This document shows, one piece after another, positions 12,822 through 26,144 of a stretch of 64,000 nucleotides of DNA. The position numbers and the translations under genes were made by a program. Source of the stretch: Octopus sinensis (lineage: Eukaryota); the NCBI RefSeq assembly GCF_006345805.1, contig NC_043023.1, forward strand, positions 4,898,001-4,962,000, in the 5' to 3' direction. Within the stretch, counting starts at the first letter, position 1. The number at the start of each line of letters is the position of its first letter. Under the pieces are notes generated by a model. That model had not been told where the DNA came from, ran no database searches, and saw nothing but the letters and a program-made list of their open reading frames with translations.

Positions 12822-13333
12822 CTAACGTCCATTTTCCATGCTAGCATGGGTTGGATGGTTCAACAGGTGTCTGGGAAGCCAGGAGTCTGCGCCAGGCTCC
12901 AGTCTGATCTGGCAGTGTTTCTACAGCTGGATGCCCTTCCTAACGCCAACCATGTGTAATGGGTGCTTTTTACGTGCCGCCGGCACAGGGGCCAGAGGAG
13001 GCTGGCAAACGTCCATGATCGGTTGGTGCTTTTATGTGTCACCGACACAGATGCCAGTCAGGCGGCGCTGGCATCTGCCACGTTCGGACGGTGCTTTTTA
13101 CATGTCCCGGGCACGGGTATCACAACTACAATTTCCATTTGATTTTTATTTTGTTGTTGGTTTGATGTACTTGACTGAATAGGTCTCCCCAAGTACAGCA
13201 GGTAGCCCTACGAACCAAGGTTAGCACAGCAGGCCGTCCTGTGAGCCATGAACTCACTTCATTTGTCAGGTCTTCACAGTCACAGCATATCTCAGAGGTC
13301 TCGGTCTTCGTCATTTCCTCGGTGAGGCCCAAC
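12822..13333 (-). mobile_element. RTE family 2 3' end fragment
   Basis: Shares ggatgcccttcctaacgccaacc UTR and TLGLTEEMT coding remnant with 3973-4900. Confidence 0.75.
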
Positions 13334-14050
13334 GTGCCACTGGCACGAGTATCACAACTACAATATGTATGCATGTGTATTTGTATATTTGTGCTTTTAC
13401 ACATACAGACACACACACATACATTTTTATATGTATATAAACATATATCTGTGCAGGTGTGGCTTCCCAACCACATGGTTCCAGGATCAGTTCCACTGCA
13501 GGGCATGTTGGGCAGGGGTCCTCTACTATAGCTTTGGTTCGACCAAAGCTTTATGAATGGATTTGGTAGAAGGGAACAGAAAGAAGCCCATCGTATGTGT
13601 GTGTCTCTCCCACCATCACTTGACAACCAATGTTGGTGTGTTTACATCCCTATAACATAGCTGTTTGGCAAAAGAGACCAATATAATAAGTACTACACTG
13701 ACAAAGAATAAGTCCTGGGGTTGATTTTTTTTACTAAAACACCCTTTAAGATGTTGCTCCAGCATGGCTGCTATCAAATGATTGAAGCAAGTAAAAGAAT
13801 AAAAGAATATAGAAACATATAGGGGCAGGCATGGCTGTGGGGTCAGAAGTTTGTTCCCCTACCACATGGTTCTGGGTCCACTCCCGCTGCATAGCACCCT
13901 GGGCAAGAGTCTTCTACTATAACCTCAGGTTGACCAAAGCCTTGTGAGTGGATTTGGTAGGCGGAAACTGAAAGAAGCCCATCATGTGTGTGCATGTCAT
14001 TGTCTGCCACCACCATTTGACAATCAGCATTCATGTGTTTATGTCTTTGT

Positions 14051-14371
14051 GAGGGTACGTGGCTTAGTGGTTAGGGCATTCAGATCATGATTGTAAGGTT
14101 GTGAGTTCAATTCCAAGCGACCTGTTGTGTCCTTGAGCAAAACACTTTATTTCACGTTGCTCCAGTCCACTGAGCTGGCAAAAATGAGTTGTACCTGTAT
14201 TTCAAAAGGCCAGCCTTGTAACTTTGTGTCACGCTGAATCTCCTTGCGAACTACATTAATGGTACACATGTCTGTGGAGTGCTCAGCCACTTGTACATTA
14301 ATTTCACAAGCAAGCTGTTCCGTTGATCGCATCAGCTGGGACACTCGTCGTCACAACCGACGGAGTGCTCC
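14051..14371 (+). mobile_element. tRNA-derived SINE, family C, nested in a family B SINE
   Basis: tggcttagtgg A-box, gagttcaattcc B-box, tgtgtccttgagcaa core; flanked by the direct repeat tatgtctttgt (TSD). Confidence 0.8.
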
Positions 14372-14983
14372 TATGTCTTTGTAACTTAGTGGTTTGGCAA
14401 AAGAGATTGAGTGAATAAGTATCAGGCTTAAAGAAAAAGACTATATTTTCCCCAATCACAGTTTTACCTTGTTTTTGTTCATCCACCCTGTATGATGGAC
14501 ATTCATAAAACATAATGCTTTCTTGTCTTTGGTGTCTGTGAAACTCCCAGATTTTTTCCTTTTTACTATTCATGCTTCTTCTGTCCATTTTTGGTCTTTA
14601 CTTCCATGATTAGGTTCTGTCTCTGGCACTGTCAGTAGATATATCTATCTTTCTATCCAGTCACCTTGCTTTGCACTTAATCCACCTATAACAAAGTTAC
14701 AACCAACTACAGATAGTTGGAAAAACTCCTTTTTCAGAACATAACGCTACACACTTTTTACAAAGAAAGTTAGGAAGACAGTTATTAATATTTAGGTAAT
14801 AGAATCTGCTGAAGTTGACTTCGCCTTTTATCCTTTTGGGGGTCAATAAAATAAGCACACTCTGCCCCGAAATTGCTGGCCTTGTGCCAAAATTTGAAAC
14901 TAGTATTTAGATAATAGAATAGAATAGATGTTCAATCTACATAACGATTTTTTCTATGATGCTTGTGTTAAATATTTGGGTAA

Positions 14984-15039
<56 letters not shown>

Positions 15040-15550
15040 TCAAACACACAACTGACACATGCACACATACACATATGCACACATACACACTACAAATGCT
15101 ATGACATGCATACATATACTGTCATTTTCTCACACACATAACACACATAGCTAATTGTCACCTGTGTGTGTGTGTAGCAATAGTGTTCATTTGGATCTGT
15201 CTCTCAGCCTCTTTCTCTCTATTGCACAAATACTATTATCAGCCCTTTACCTCAGTCTAACAGATTTTTTACTCCACAGGAATCTATCATTAGCATTTTA
15301 ACAGGTGAGGATTAGCAATAGGTATCCAACTATAGATGACACCCTGCATCAATAAACTCTGTTCGAACCAGGCAAGTATGGAAAAGGGACTCTAAAACGA
15401 TGACAACAATGATAATGATGGTGATGGTGGTGTAGTACTGGCGGATTATGGCAGTGATGATGATGATGATAACACCCCATTTTGAGCTGCTTTCAATATA
15501 CTTGCTATTTTCTCAATAGAATAAAAAAGTAGTAATTGTTAAGTACATCC

Positions 15551-16038
15551 AAGTGACTGATGTATCAGCTACAAGTTTATACTCGTGTATATTATATTTA
15601 CATCAAGCACAACAGAATGAAAGAATGAGTAAATGTTAAATATAAGTGACTGATGTATCAGCTACAAGTTTATACTCGTGTATCTTATATTTATATCTAG
15701 CACAACAGAATGAAAGAATGAGTAAATGTTAAATATAAGTGACTGATGTATCAGCTACAAGTTTATACTCGTGTATATTATATTTACATCAAGCACAACA
15801 GAATGAAAGAATGAGTAAATGTTAAATATAAGTGACTGATGTATCAGCTACAAGTTTATACTCGTGTATATTATATTTACATCAAGCACAACGGAATGAA
15901 AGAATGAGTAAATGTTAAATATAAGTGACTGATGTATCAGCTACAAGTTTATACTCGTGTATATTATATTTACATCAAGCACAACAGAATGAAAGAATGA
16001 GTAAATGTTAAATATAAGTGACTGATGTATCAGCTACA
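15551..16038. repeat. 93-bp tandem minisatellite, ~5.2 nearly identical copies
   Basis: aagtgactgatgtatcagctaca... starts at 15551, 15644, 15737, 15830, 15923 and 16016. Confidence 0.95.
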
Positions 16039-16404
16039 GGATTATACTTGTGTACAATATACACATGACCAGCACAAAAGAATAAAACAGAAACTGGATC
16101 AGGTCAGAAGAAGATTTACTCAAATCTGTGTAAGACAACTCAAAACACACACACGCGCGTACGTGCACACACACACACACACACATACACACACACACAC
16201 ATACACACACACATACCCACATACACACACACATACACACACATACACACGCGCACGCACACACACACATATGTGTGTTCTTTTCAGTGTTTAATTGTTT
16301 AAATTCTTCCTCTGAAGAAGGGGTTGGTTTCTAACAATGTCACGTTTTAAACTTGAGAAGTCTTGCATAGATTTAGTGTTCCACTTACACAATGTATGTA
16401 TGTG

Positions 16405-16700
16405 TCAAGCCCTCATCAAAGGCCTGTGATATTCAGAGGACCGACTGGGAGAGCAATGCCTGTCATCACCACAGATGGAGGAAGCAGGTTAAGGACGGGG
16501 TTGACGGCTGTGAAAGAGCACATATTCTGCATGTAGAATTTTAGTGTGCTGCTAGCATAGTGAATGGGGAAAACTTGATTTGCAATGTTTGCAATCGTGT
16601 ATGCTTGTCAAGAGCAGTGCTCATTAGCCACCAATGGAGCCGCAAATGCAAAATAGAAGTTAGTCCTGAAGATCAGCAATGGTCTTCCTCAGTCATGAGC
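16405..16700 (+). mobile_element. Degenerate RTE C-terminal fragment
   Basis: DWESNA...RWRKQVKDGV and CNVCNRVCLSRAVLISH, the RTE C-terminal Cys/His motif. Confidence 0.65.
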
Positions 16701-16714
16701 AGTGGTGGTATTAA

Positions 16715-16940
16715 AGGCGGCGAGCTGACAGAAACGTTAGCGTGCCGGGTGAAATGCTTAGTGGTATTTCGTCTGTCGCTACGTTCTCAGTTCAAATTCC
16801 GCTGAGGTCGACTTTGCCTTTCATCCTTTCGGGGTCGATTAAATAAGTACCAGTTACGCACTGGGGTCGATGTAATCGACTTAATCCATTTGTTTGTCCC
16901 CTCTGTGTTTAGCCCCTTGTGGGTAGTAAAGAAATAGGTA
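16715..16940 (+). mobile_element. SINE family A
   Basis: Full head, core and tail. Confidence 0.85.
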
Positions 16941-17875
16941 TTAAACAATATAACAGATCATGTGTACCACCCAATACAGCATCATCATTACCATCACCAT
17001 CCTTTAACATCAGTCTTTCCATGATGGTATTGGTGGAATGGTTTGACTATATCTGGGAAGCTGTACAGGTTCCAGTCTGATTAGGGTTCATTTCTACAGC
17101 TGGATGCTCTTCCTGTTGCCAACCACTTTACAGTGTGTGCTGGGTGATCTTAACATTCCACTGGCATGAGTGCCATCATGTAGCACCAGCATGGTTGCCC
17201 TTTATGTGGTACTGGCACATGACATGGTGGCGAGCTGGCAGAAACATTAGCAAGCCAGGTGAAATGCTTAGCGGTATTTCATCAGCAGGTACATTCTGAG
17301 TTCAAATTCCACCGATGGAGACTTTGCTTTTCATTCTTTTGGGGTCAATAAATTAAGTACCAGTTACACACTGGGGTTGATGTAATCGACTTAATCCCTT
17401 TGTCTGTCCTTGTTTGTCCCCTCTATGTTTAGTCCCTTGTGGGCAATAAAAAAAACCAAATGACCGGCACGTGACTCTCGCAGGCTGATCCTCTTCACCA
17501 GGAGATGTGACCTTAACACTTCTATTGTGAAGGACGGGTCTTCTTGAGTAGAGCAAGGTGCCAGGTTTCTCGATTCTTTTTCATCTTGTCTGAAAGGTTC
17601 AGCATCCTTAAGTACATCATATTCTGAGATTGTCCTTCAGTACTTCATTCAACATACAGTTTGAAATTCGCATCAAAATTTCATTCTGAGTATGACTGTC
17701 TTTTTTAATGACTGATTTTCATCTAACTCCTTAAAGTGTTGCAGGTTCATTCCCACTATGTGGCACCTTGGGTGAGTGCCTTCTACTATAATATTGAGCT
17801 AATCAAACCTTTGTGAGTGAATCTGCTCAATGGAAACTAAAAGAAGCTCATTGTATATATAATAAATATATATAT

Positions 17876-17909
<34 letters not shown>

Positions 17910-18150
17910 GGACTCTGGCTGCTCTATGATCCCCCATTTAATTTCATATGGAGTTCCTTCATCCTTGAGGCATTACACATGGCTGGCCAGGGATGTGATA
18001 TAATGTCTTTCTGGAACCCTAAAAAAAGGACCTGTGGTTGTACAGGTGCTGCTTCAAGGCAGTTCTGAGCAACCCCAATTTATCTCTGAACTGGTTGAGT
18101 GCTGGTTGTGTTCATGCTTCCGGTGTATCTTCCATTGGCTCCGAGCCTGG

Positions 18151-18640
18151 AGTTGTTGTTGCTACTGCTGTTGTTGTTGGTCACCTCAAGCGCTTGAAGA
18201 TAACTCTCAGAAGCGCTAGAGCCGCGATCGGGAAACGAATCATCTCATCTACTGTAGCCCCTAGTTGGCGGATATAGCGTTCCACCATCAGGGCCGGACA
18301 TCTCAGCCAGAGATGTTCTGCAGGTTCCACCTCCAGGCGAGCTGGCAGAAACGTTAGCACGCTGGGCGAAATGCTTAGCGGTATTTCGTCTGCATTACGT
18401 TGTGAGTTCAAATTCCGCCGAGGTCGACTTTGCCTTTCATCCTTTCGGGCTCGATAAATTAAGTACCAGTTACGCACTGGGGTCAATGTAATCGACTTAA
18501 TACCTATGTCTGTCCTTGTTTGTCCCCTCTGTGTTTAGCCCCTTGTGGGTAATAAAGAAATAGGTTCCACCACCACATTACAGAGTATGCATTGATCTGT
18601 GTCGCTGCGTCCTGCCATCTTTTGCCACCGCCTGAGTGCC
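18151..18640 (-). mobile_element. LINE (I/Nimb/R1-group-like) 3' fragment with CCHC finger and (CAA)n tail, split by a family A SINE
   Basis: After removing the SINE (18336-18561; TSD aggttccacc[t/a]cca) it reads CILCNVVVEPAEHLWLRCPAL...KRLR*, then (caa)n. Confidence 0.65.
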
Positions 18641-19352
18641 GGATGATGACTACTACGGAAGCATATCATGTCTGTGAAGTCTGTTGGAGACGTCGTTGGT
18701 GCTGTTATTACAGGTCATGGGTCTGGCACCCTCATTCTGGCTGTAATCATTCCCAGCTGTTGCTGTAGTTGTCCCCATTTTATTACCTTCATTACTATTC
18801 CTCTCTCTCTCGCTCTCGGAGAGGCACAAACACCTACACACACATATACACACACGGCAGTAACTTCCGCCTACCAAATTCAATCACAAAGCTCCGGTCA
18901 GCCCGGGGCTATAGCAGAAGACACTTGCCCAAAGTGCAATGCGGTGGGACTGAACCCGAAACCATGTAGTTAGGAAGCAAGCTCCCTAACCATAGAGCTA
19001 TGCCCAATTCTTCTTATTACTATTATTATTATTTTTTAATTAAATTCACTATCATATTATATACTTTTCATGTACGTGTACTCGTGTACCTCTGGGTATG
19101 TATCTGTAATTTGTATGTATGTGCATTTTATGGCAATATGTACATGTATTCACATATATGTGTGTATATGCCCACACATATATGTTTAAGTATATGTATG
19201 TATGTATGCTTATATATCTGCAATTACTTTCATTCATATATGCATATGTATTATGTGACGATGTATGTATATATTGATGCATATATATGTGTGCCAACAT
19301 GTGTATATGTATATATACATTTGTGATGGTCTGCTTGTGCATGTATGTGTGT

Positions 19353-19817
19353 ACATCATCATCATCATCGTTTAACGTTCACTTTCCATGATGGGTTGGA
19401 TGATTTGACTGAGGCTGCACCAGACACCAATCTGATCTGGCAGATGCCCTTCCTAATGCCAACCACTCCGAGAGTGTAGTGGGTGCTTTTAGGTGTCACT
19501 GGCACGAGGGCCAGTCAGGCGGTACTGGCAACAGCCATGCTCAAATGGTGCTTTTTATGTGCCACCTGCACAGGAGCCAGTCCAGCGGCACTGGCAACGA
19601 CCTCACTCGACTGTTTTTTTCACGTGCCACCAGCACAAGTGCTAGTAAGGCGATGCAGGTAACGATCATGCACAAATGGTGTTTTTAACGTGCCATCGGC
19701 ACGAAGGCCAGCTCGATGCTCTGGCAACGATCTTACTCGTACGGTACTCTTAGCGCTACACTAGCAACGGATGCCAGTCACCGAGTTTGATTTTGATTTC
19801 AATTTCACTTGCCTCAA
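19353..19817 (-). mobile_element. RTE family 2 3' UTR fragment
   Basis: (cat)n tail and UTR homologous to 2289-2800. Confidence 0.8.
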
Positions 19818-20249
19818 AATATATACACAAAATCACCCTACTTTGTACAAACACATCTATAACTATGTGACAAGGCTAATAAGCCAATGTGTGTCTTTAA
19901 CGTAATTATATATCTTTGTGTAAAGGCTCATGACTCAGTGGTTACGGCATTGGACTCATAATCATGAGGTAGTGAGTTTAATTCCCATATCGAGCTGTGT
20001 GTTGTGTTCTTAAGCAAGACACTTTATTTCACATTGCTGCCAAGCTATATTGGCCTTTGCTTATCCCTTGGATAACATGAGCAGCATGGAGAGGAGAGGC
20101 TGGCATGCCTGGATGACTACTGGTCTTCTCTAAACAACCTTGCCCAGACTTGTGTCTCAGATGGGACTTTCTAGGTATAATCCCATGGTCATTCATGATT
20201 GAAGGGAGTCTTTACTCTGTTATATACATTTATATATTTCAAAGAAGAC

Positions 20250-20567
20250 TCCGCCGGTTACGACGACGAGGGTCCCAGCTGATACGATCAACGGAACAGC
20301 TTGCTCGTGAAATTAACGTGCAAATGGCTGAGCATTCCACAGACACGTGTACCCTTAACGTAGTTCTCGGGGATAATCAGTGTGACACAGAGAGTGACAA
20401 GGCTGACCCTTTGAAATACAAGTACAACTCATTTTTGCCAGCTGAGTGGACTGGAGCAACGTGAAATAAAGTGTCTTGCTCAAGGACACAATGCGTCGCC
20501 GGGAATCGAACTCACAACCTTACGATCATGAGCCGAATGCCCTAACCACTAAGCCACGCGCCCTCAC
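20250..20567 (-). mobile_element. SINE family C
   Basis: Reverse complement of the 14051-14371 type. Confidence 0.8.
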
Positions 20568-21190
20568 ACATTTATATATACATGTATATATATTGCACAT
20601 GTGGTATTCTGTTGGTTATAACGATGAAGATTCCAGTTGATCTGATCAAAAGAACAGCCTGCTCATGAAATTAACATGCAAGTGGCTGAGCACTCCACAG
20701 ACACATGTACCCCTTAATGTAGTTCTCAGGGAGATTCAGCGTGATGCAGAGTATGACAAGGCTGGCCTTTCAAAATACTGGTACAGCAGAAATAGGAAGA
20801 AAGTTGTGCTGAAAGAGTACAGCAGGGTTTGCCCCTGCCCCCCCCCCTGCCAGAGCCTTGTGGAGCTTTCAGTGTTTCTGCTTAATAAACACTCACAACA
20901 CCCAGTCTGGGAATCGAAAACGCGATCCTACGCCCGTGACTCTGCTGCCCTAACCACTGGGCCATTGCGCCTCCTATATATATATATATAGAGATAGATA
21001 GATGTTCTGCCCTTACCTTCGAAACACGCATTGAGTCGAACCAGGGGCAGCTGATGAAGGGGAATATTCCTTGTATTGTTTGTCTTGTACTCTGTTTTTT
21101 CGTTGTTAAAAAAGTTTGTTTCCTTGTTTATTTTTATGTTTTTGTTTCTCGTTGTGTTCTACGTTTATTTGTGGTGTCCTGTACTCACAT

Positions 21191-21222
<32 letters not shown>

Positions 21223-21716
21223 ATATACATATAGATGTAGGTATGTACATATATGTATGTATGTATGCATATGTTTTATTTGTTAAATTGTTATTATATG
21301 ATTGAACGCCTCGCGTCACTTTCTTATTTCTCCAAGTAAGTTTTTATTAATAATTATGATGCGCACTCTTTAACTCTTTACTTGACCATTTCTTCCTACC
21401 TGTCTGTCTTCCTCTCTACCTGACTCTCTCCTTCTTATTTTTCACCCTTTCTGGTTTCTTTTCTTCTCTAGGGTATCTACGAGATACCACCATGCTGAAA
21501 ATAGCAGCCATGATCTGACTCTAAAACCACCTTAATTGTCCATATATCAACACGGAGAGTAAACATTTTGAACTGGCCATGATGCATACGTGCATATATA
21601 TGTAGGTATACGTTCGTATATGTAAGTATTCGTATGTTGTGCTTATATATATATATATATATTATATATATATGTGTGTGTGTGTGCGTGTGTATTTATG
21701 TTCCTCTTCTGTGTGT

Positions 21717-21775
21717 ATTCTACTGACGAGGCAAAGCATTCCTAAATGCAAAGTCAGAAATCCGGGATCTAGAAT
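21717..21775 (+). ncRNA. Type I hammerhead ribozyme-like motif (probably Penelope-like-element associated)
   Basis: Stem I attcta/tagaat, CUGACGA, stem II ggc..gcatt/aatgc..gtc, (A)GAAA, near-palindromic stem III tccggga, AUC cleavage triplet. Confidence 0.6.
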
Positions 21776-22061
21776 TATCCAGTAATTTTTTACTAGTTTC
21801 ATCTTGTCTCTTTGTTTTCTCTCCCTGTTGATATATGGACAATTAAGGTGGTCTTAGAGTCAGATCATGGCTGCTATTTTCAACATGGTGGTGTCTCGTA
21901 GATACCTTAATTTATAATTTTATTAACTATTACTTTTGAAGATTATTTTTTCCATGCTGACCACTTGATAAAATCGTTATTTTATTTTTAAATTAATGAT
22001 CTTATCCTTATTTATATATACATACATACATACATGCATACATATATATATATATATATAT

Positions 22062-22510
22062 CATCATCATCGTTTAACGTCCGCTTTCCATGCTAGCATG
22101 GGTTGGACGGTTCAACTGGGGTCTGGGGAGCCCGAAGGCTGCACCAGGCCAGTCAGATCTGGCAGTGTTTCTACAGCTGGATGCCCTTCCTAACGCCAAC
22201 CACTCCGAGAGTGTAGTGGGTGATTTTATGTGCCACCGACACAGGTGCCAGACGAGGCTGGCGAACGGCCACGCTCGAATAGTGTTTTTTTATGTGCCAC
22301 CGACACAGGTGCCAGACGAGGCTGGCAGACAGCCACGCTCGGATGGTGTTTTTTATGTGCCACCGACACAGGTGCCAGACGAGGCTGGTGAACGGCCACG
22401 ATCGGATGGTGTTTGTTACGTGCCCACAGCACGGAGGCCAGTCGATGCGGTACTGGCTACGGCCACGTTCGGATGGTTTTCTTATGTGCCACCGGCACTG
22501 GTACCACAAA
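22062..22510 (-). mobile_element. RTE family 2 3' UTR copy with ~62-bp internal tandem repeats
   Basis: (cat)n tail; repeated tatgtgccaccgacacaggtgccagacgaggctgg. Confidence 0.8.
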
Positions 22511-22516
22511 GTTACA

Positions 22517-22742
22517 AATATATATATATATATGTATATATATATGTACATATATGTATATATATATATATATGTGTATATATATGTATATGTATATGTA
22601 TAATATATATGTATATATACGTATGTTTGTATATATATATATATATATAATATATATGTATATATATGTATGTATATATATATGTATATTATATGTATGT
22701 ATGTATGTATATATATATATATGTATATGTATAATATATATG

Positions 22743-22793
<51 letters not shown>

Positions 22794-23011
22794 GTATATA
22801 TATGTATGTATATATATATGTATATATATGTATGTATGTATATATATATATGTATATATATGTATGTATGTAAGTATATATATATATGTATATATATGTA
22901 TGTATGTATGTATATATATATATGTGTGTGTGTGTGTATGTATATATATATATATGTGTGTGTGTGTATACATATATATATATTATTATTAGACACACAC
23001 ATATATATATG

Positions 23012-23050
<39 letters not shown>

Positions 23051-23055
23051 ATGTA
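22517..23055. repeat. Long (TA)n/(TATG)n/(TG)n compound microsatellite
   Basis: Direct observation; the ORFs here are YI/HT low-complexity artefacts. Confidence 0.95.
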
Positions 23056-23251
23056 CGTACGTATAACAATTGCAACATGAACGGTGTTTACAAGCCATTT
23101 AAAAACACACAAAAACCATTAGATTCACTTCAACATTTAAATTTAATTTGCCAAAATATTTTCGTTGCTTTGAGACCACAACCAGTTCGCTGACAAAATT
23201 CTGTGCTGGGCACAGGATGTCACCAACAGTAATATACATACATAGATATTT

Positions 23252-23305
<54 letters not shown>

Positions 23306-23855
23306 CAAAAATGAATACTATCATGAATTGACCAGGTTCTCTCAGTTACTGAAATGTCATTCACATTTGACACAGGTCAAATATGTCATATAGGTCACAC
23401 AGAAGCCATAGAGCACTTGACTTTGACTGGAACAATTTTTATAAGGATTTCTCCTCACCCTTCCCTCTCTCACTCACTCTCTCCCCTTCTCTCCCCTTTC
23501 ACTCAATCATTTAAGGTCAACTAGGTGAAGCTCTAACTGGATACTTCATACTCAACTTAATAATGATGAAGAAGAAAGGTTCATTTGTTCCTTATTGCTG
23601 TTTGGTGCTGCTGTTTCTCTGTTTATTCTCTATTTTGACTAAGCAGTCCAAGAGCACCACTAGGTCACTGATATTGACTGTTCTAAGATAAAGCTATGCT
23701 TTAGAATCTGCAGGGGTTATCTCTCCTTGGAAGCTCCTACTAAGGAAGGCTAAGAAGCTAGAAACACATCTAGGAGTCTGCTAGGGGGGAAACACCGAGC
23801 AGAGAAGGGCTTTTCACACATCTCACCATACATGTTTTGACCCCTTTTTTCTATA

Positions 23856-24057
23856 CTCTTTTACTCATTTACCTGTTTCAGTTATTTGACTGTGGCCATG
23901 GTGGAGCACCGCCTTTAGTCGAGCAAATCGACCCTAAGACTTATTCTTTGTAAGCCTAGTACTTCAGCCTCTTTTGCTGAACTGCTAAGTTACAGAGACG
24001 TAGACACACCAGCATCGGTTTACAAGCGATGTTGTGGGGACAAACACAGACACAAAT

Positions 24058-24094
<37 letters not shown>

Positions 24095-24275
24095 TATATA
24101 TATACATATATACGACGGGCTTCTTTCAGTTTCCGTCTACCAAATCCACTCACAAGGCTTTGGTTAGCCCAAGGCTATAGTAGAAGACACTTGCCCAAGG
24201 TGCCATGCAGTGGGACTGAACCCAGAACCATGTGGCTGGTAAACAAGCTACCTACCACCCAGCCACTCCTGTGCC
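23856..24275 (-). mobile_element. SINE family B
   Basis: Reverse-complement full copy. Confidence 0.85.
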
Positions 24276-24690
24276 TATAATAATAAATGTGAAATTCTGT
24301 CTGTCCTTACATCTGGGACCTCTGTATCTTAATCTACATTTGCCCTAAATAGACATATTTTACCATTTTGGAATCAGGATGATCTCAGGATTGAAAATCT
24401 GGCCTTCATTTGGTTCTTGAACATCCAGCATTAGGGTCAGGTCTGGATGAGGATTTGTTATATGCTAACAGTTGAAAATTCAAATTTTAAAAGAACTCAA
24501 AAAATTTGTGAATTTACCAGGCATAGGAATGGCTGTGTGGTAACTAGCTAGCTTACCAACCACATTGTTCTGGGTTCAGTCCCACTGCGTGGCACCTTGG
24601 GCAAGTGTCTTCTACTATAACCTCGGGCCGACCAAAGCCTTGTGAATGGATTTGGTAGACGGAAACTGAAAGAAGCCCACCGTATATATG

Positions 24691-24736
<46 letters not shown>

Positions 24737-25039
24737 TCTGTGTTTGTCCCCTCAACATCACTTGACAGCTGATGGTGGTGTGTTTACGTCCCCATAACTT
24801 AGCGGTTCGGCAAAAGAGGCTGAAGTTCTAGGCTTACAAAGAATAAGTCCTGGGGTTGATTTGCTCGACTAAAGCGGTGCTCCAGCATGGCCGCAGTCAA
24901 ATGACTTAAACAAGTAAAAGAGAAAAGAGACAGTTACCAACTGAATTCAAAGTAATACCATATTGGTGGGGTACCAATAAATATTTTATTATTGCTTTCT
25001 TTAGTTTTGGAGGCCCAGTTAGCCTTCTGCAGAAGCTAG
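24275..25039 (+). mobile_element. Possible second non-autonomous Helitron, interrupted by SINE B (24519-24930)
   Basis: Starts ctataataataaatgtgaaattctgtctgtc; ends ggaggc-ccagtta-gccttc hairpin + 8 nt + CTAG. The termini are imperfect (no TC start; C follows CTAG). Confidence 0.35.
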
Positions 25040-25435
25040 CATAAAAGTCTGCACCATAAATGAGAATGTATTTTTAGAAGTTAAAATATGTCATGAACAT
25101 ATTTTAGCTAACCTAAAGTTTATACTCAATTATTTTGAAAAATTAGGGTTAGGGTTAGAATGAACCTATAGAGTAAATCTTTTTCTCCCTTCGATTTTTT
25201 TTTTATAGGGTGGTGTAAGAGTATTTGAGGTTATGATAACAAAAACATGTTGTGTGCTAGTGGTGATCTTTCAATTAACATTTGTTTTCTTTTCAGTAGT
25301 ATATTATATTAGCAATACCAGTGGAAATTCCACAATTATTTTGAAAATTGCTTAAGGAAATTGAATATTTTCAGAAACATTTGATTCTTGACATGTAAAA
25401 ATCTACACAGCTAGTATTGAAGGAGCAATGAATTA

Positions 25436-25436
<1 letters not shown>

Positions 25437-25521
<85 letters not shown>

Positions 25522-25897
25522 ACCGTGGTCTTTTTCGTAGGCTTTTCTTCCCACGGATAAACCTTACTTGCTTTCCCCTTTACACCATATATCATAACAC
25601 TGTGATACACGATCCCTATTGATCGTTTTTTTTTTCCTCTTCCCCCTTTTTTCTTCTTTTTTCATTTCTCTTTCCTTTTGTTCCTTTTCCTTTTCTTTTT
25701 ATTCCTTTTATTTTATTCAAAAATTTTTTTTTTTTTGTTCTTTTCTTCCCTTTTACGATCCCTCTTGATCGAAAACCTACGCCACCCCTTTTTTTTTTCT
25801 TTTGTTTTTTGTTCTCTTCATCCCCCAAAAGAAAAGCTCTACCTTGTAACTTGTCCCATCTGTGTGCAGCCCTGTGTGGCCAATAAAGAAACTTATC

Positions 25898-25929
<32 letters not shown>

Positions 25930-26090
25930 GTCTGTCGGTCTGTCTATCTATCTATCTATCTATCTATCCATATATCTATCTATCCATCTATCTATCTATC
26001 CATCTATCTATCTATCTATCTATCTTGTACAAGCTCTACCTTGTAATTTGTTCTATCTGTGTGCAGCCCTGTGTGGCTAATAAAGAAACA

Positions 26091-26144
<54 letters not shown>

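Noticed and set aside
15551-16038. CRISPR-like or coding repeat
   Set aside because: The units are contiguous with no unique spacers, stops occur in the frames checked, and the context is eukaryotic.
22171-23112. ORFs up to 313 aa
   Set aside because: They are (TA)n/(TG)n microsatellite read-through.
25143-25158. TTAGGG telomeric repeat
   Set aside because: Only about 2.5 units; compatible with chance.
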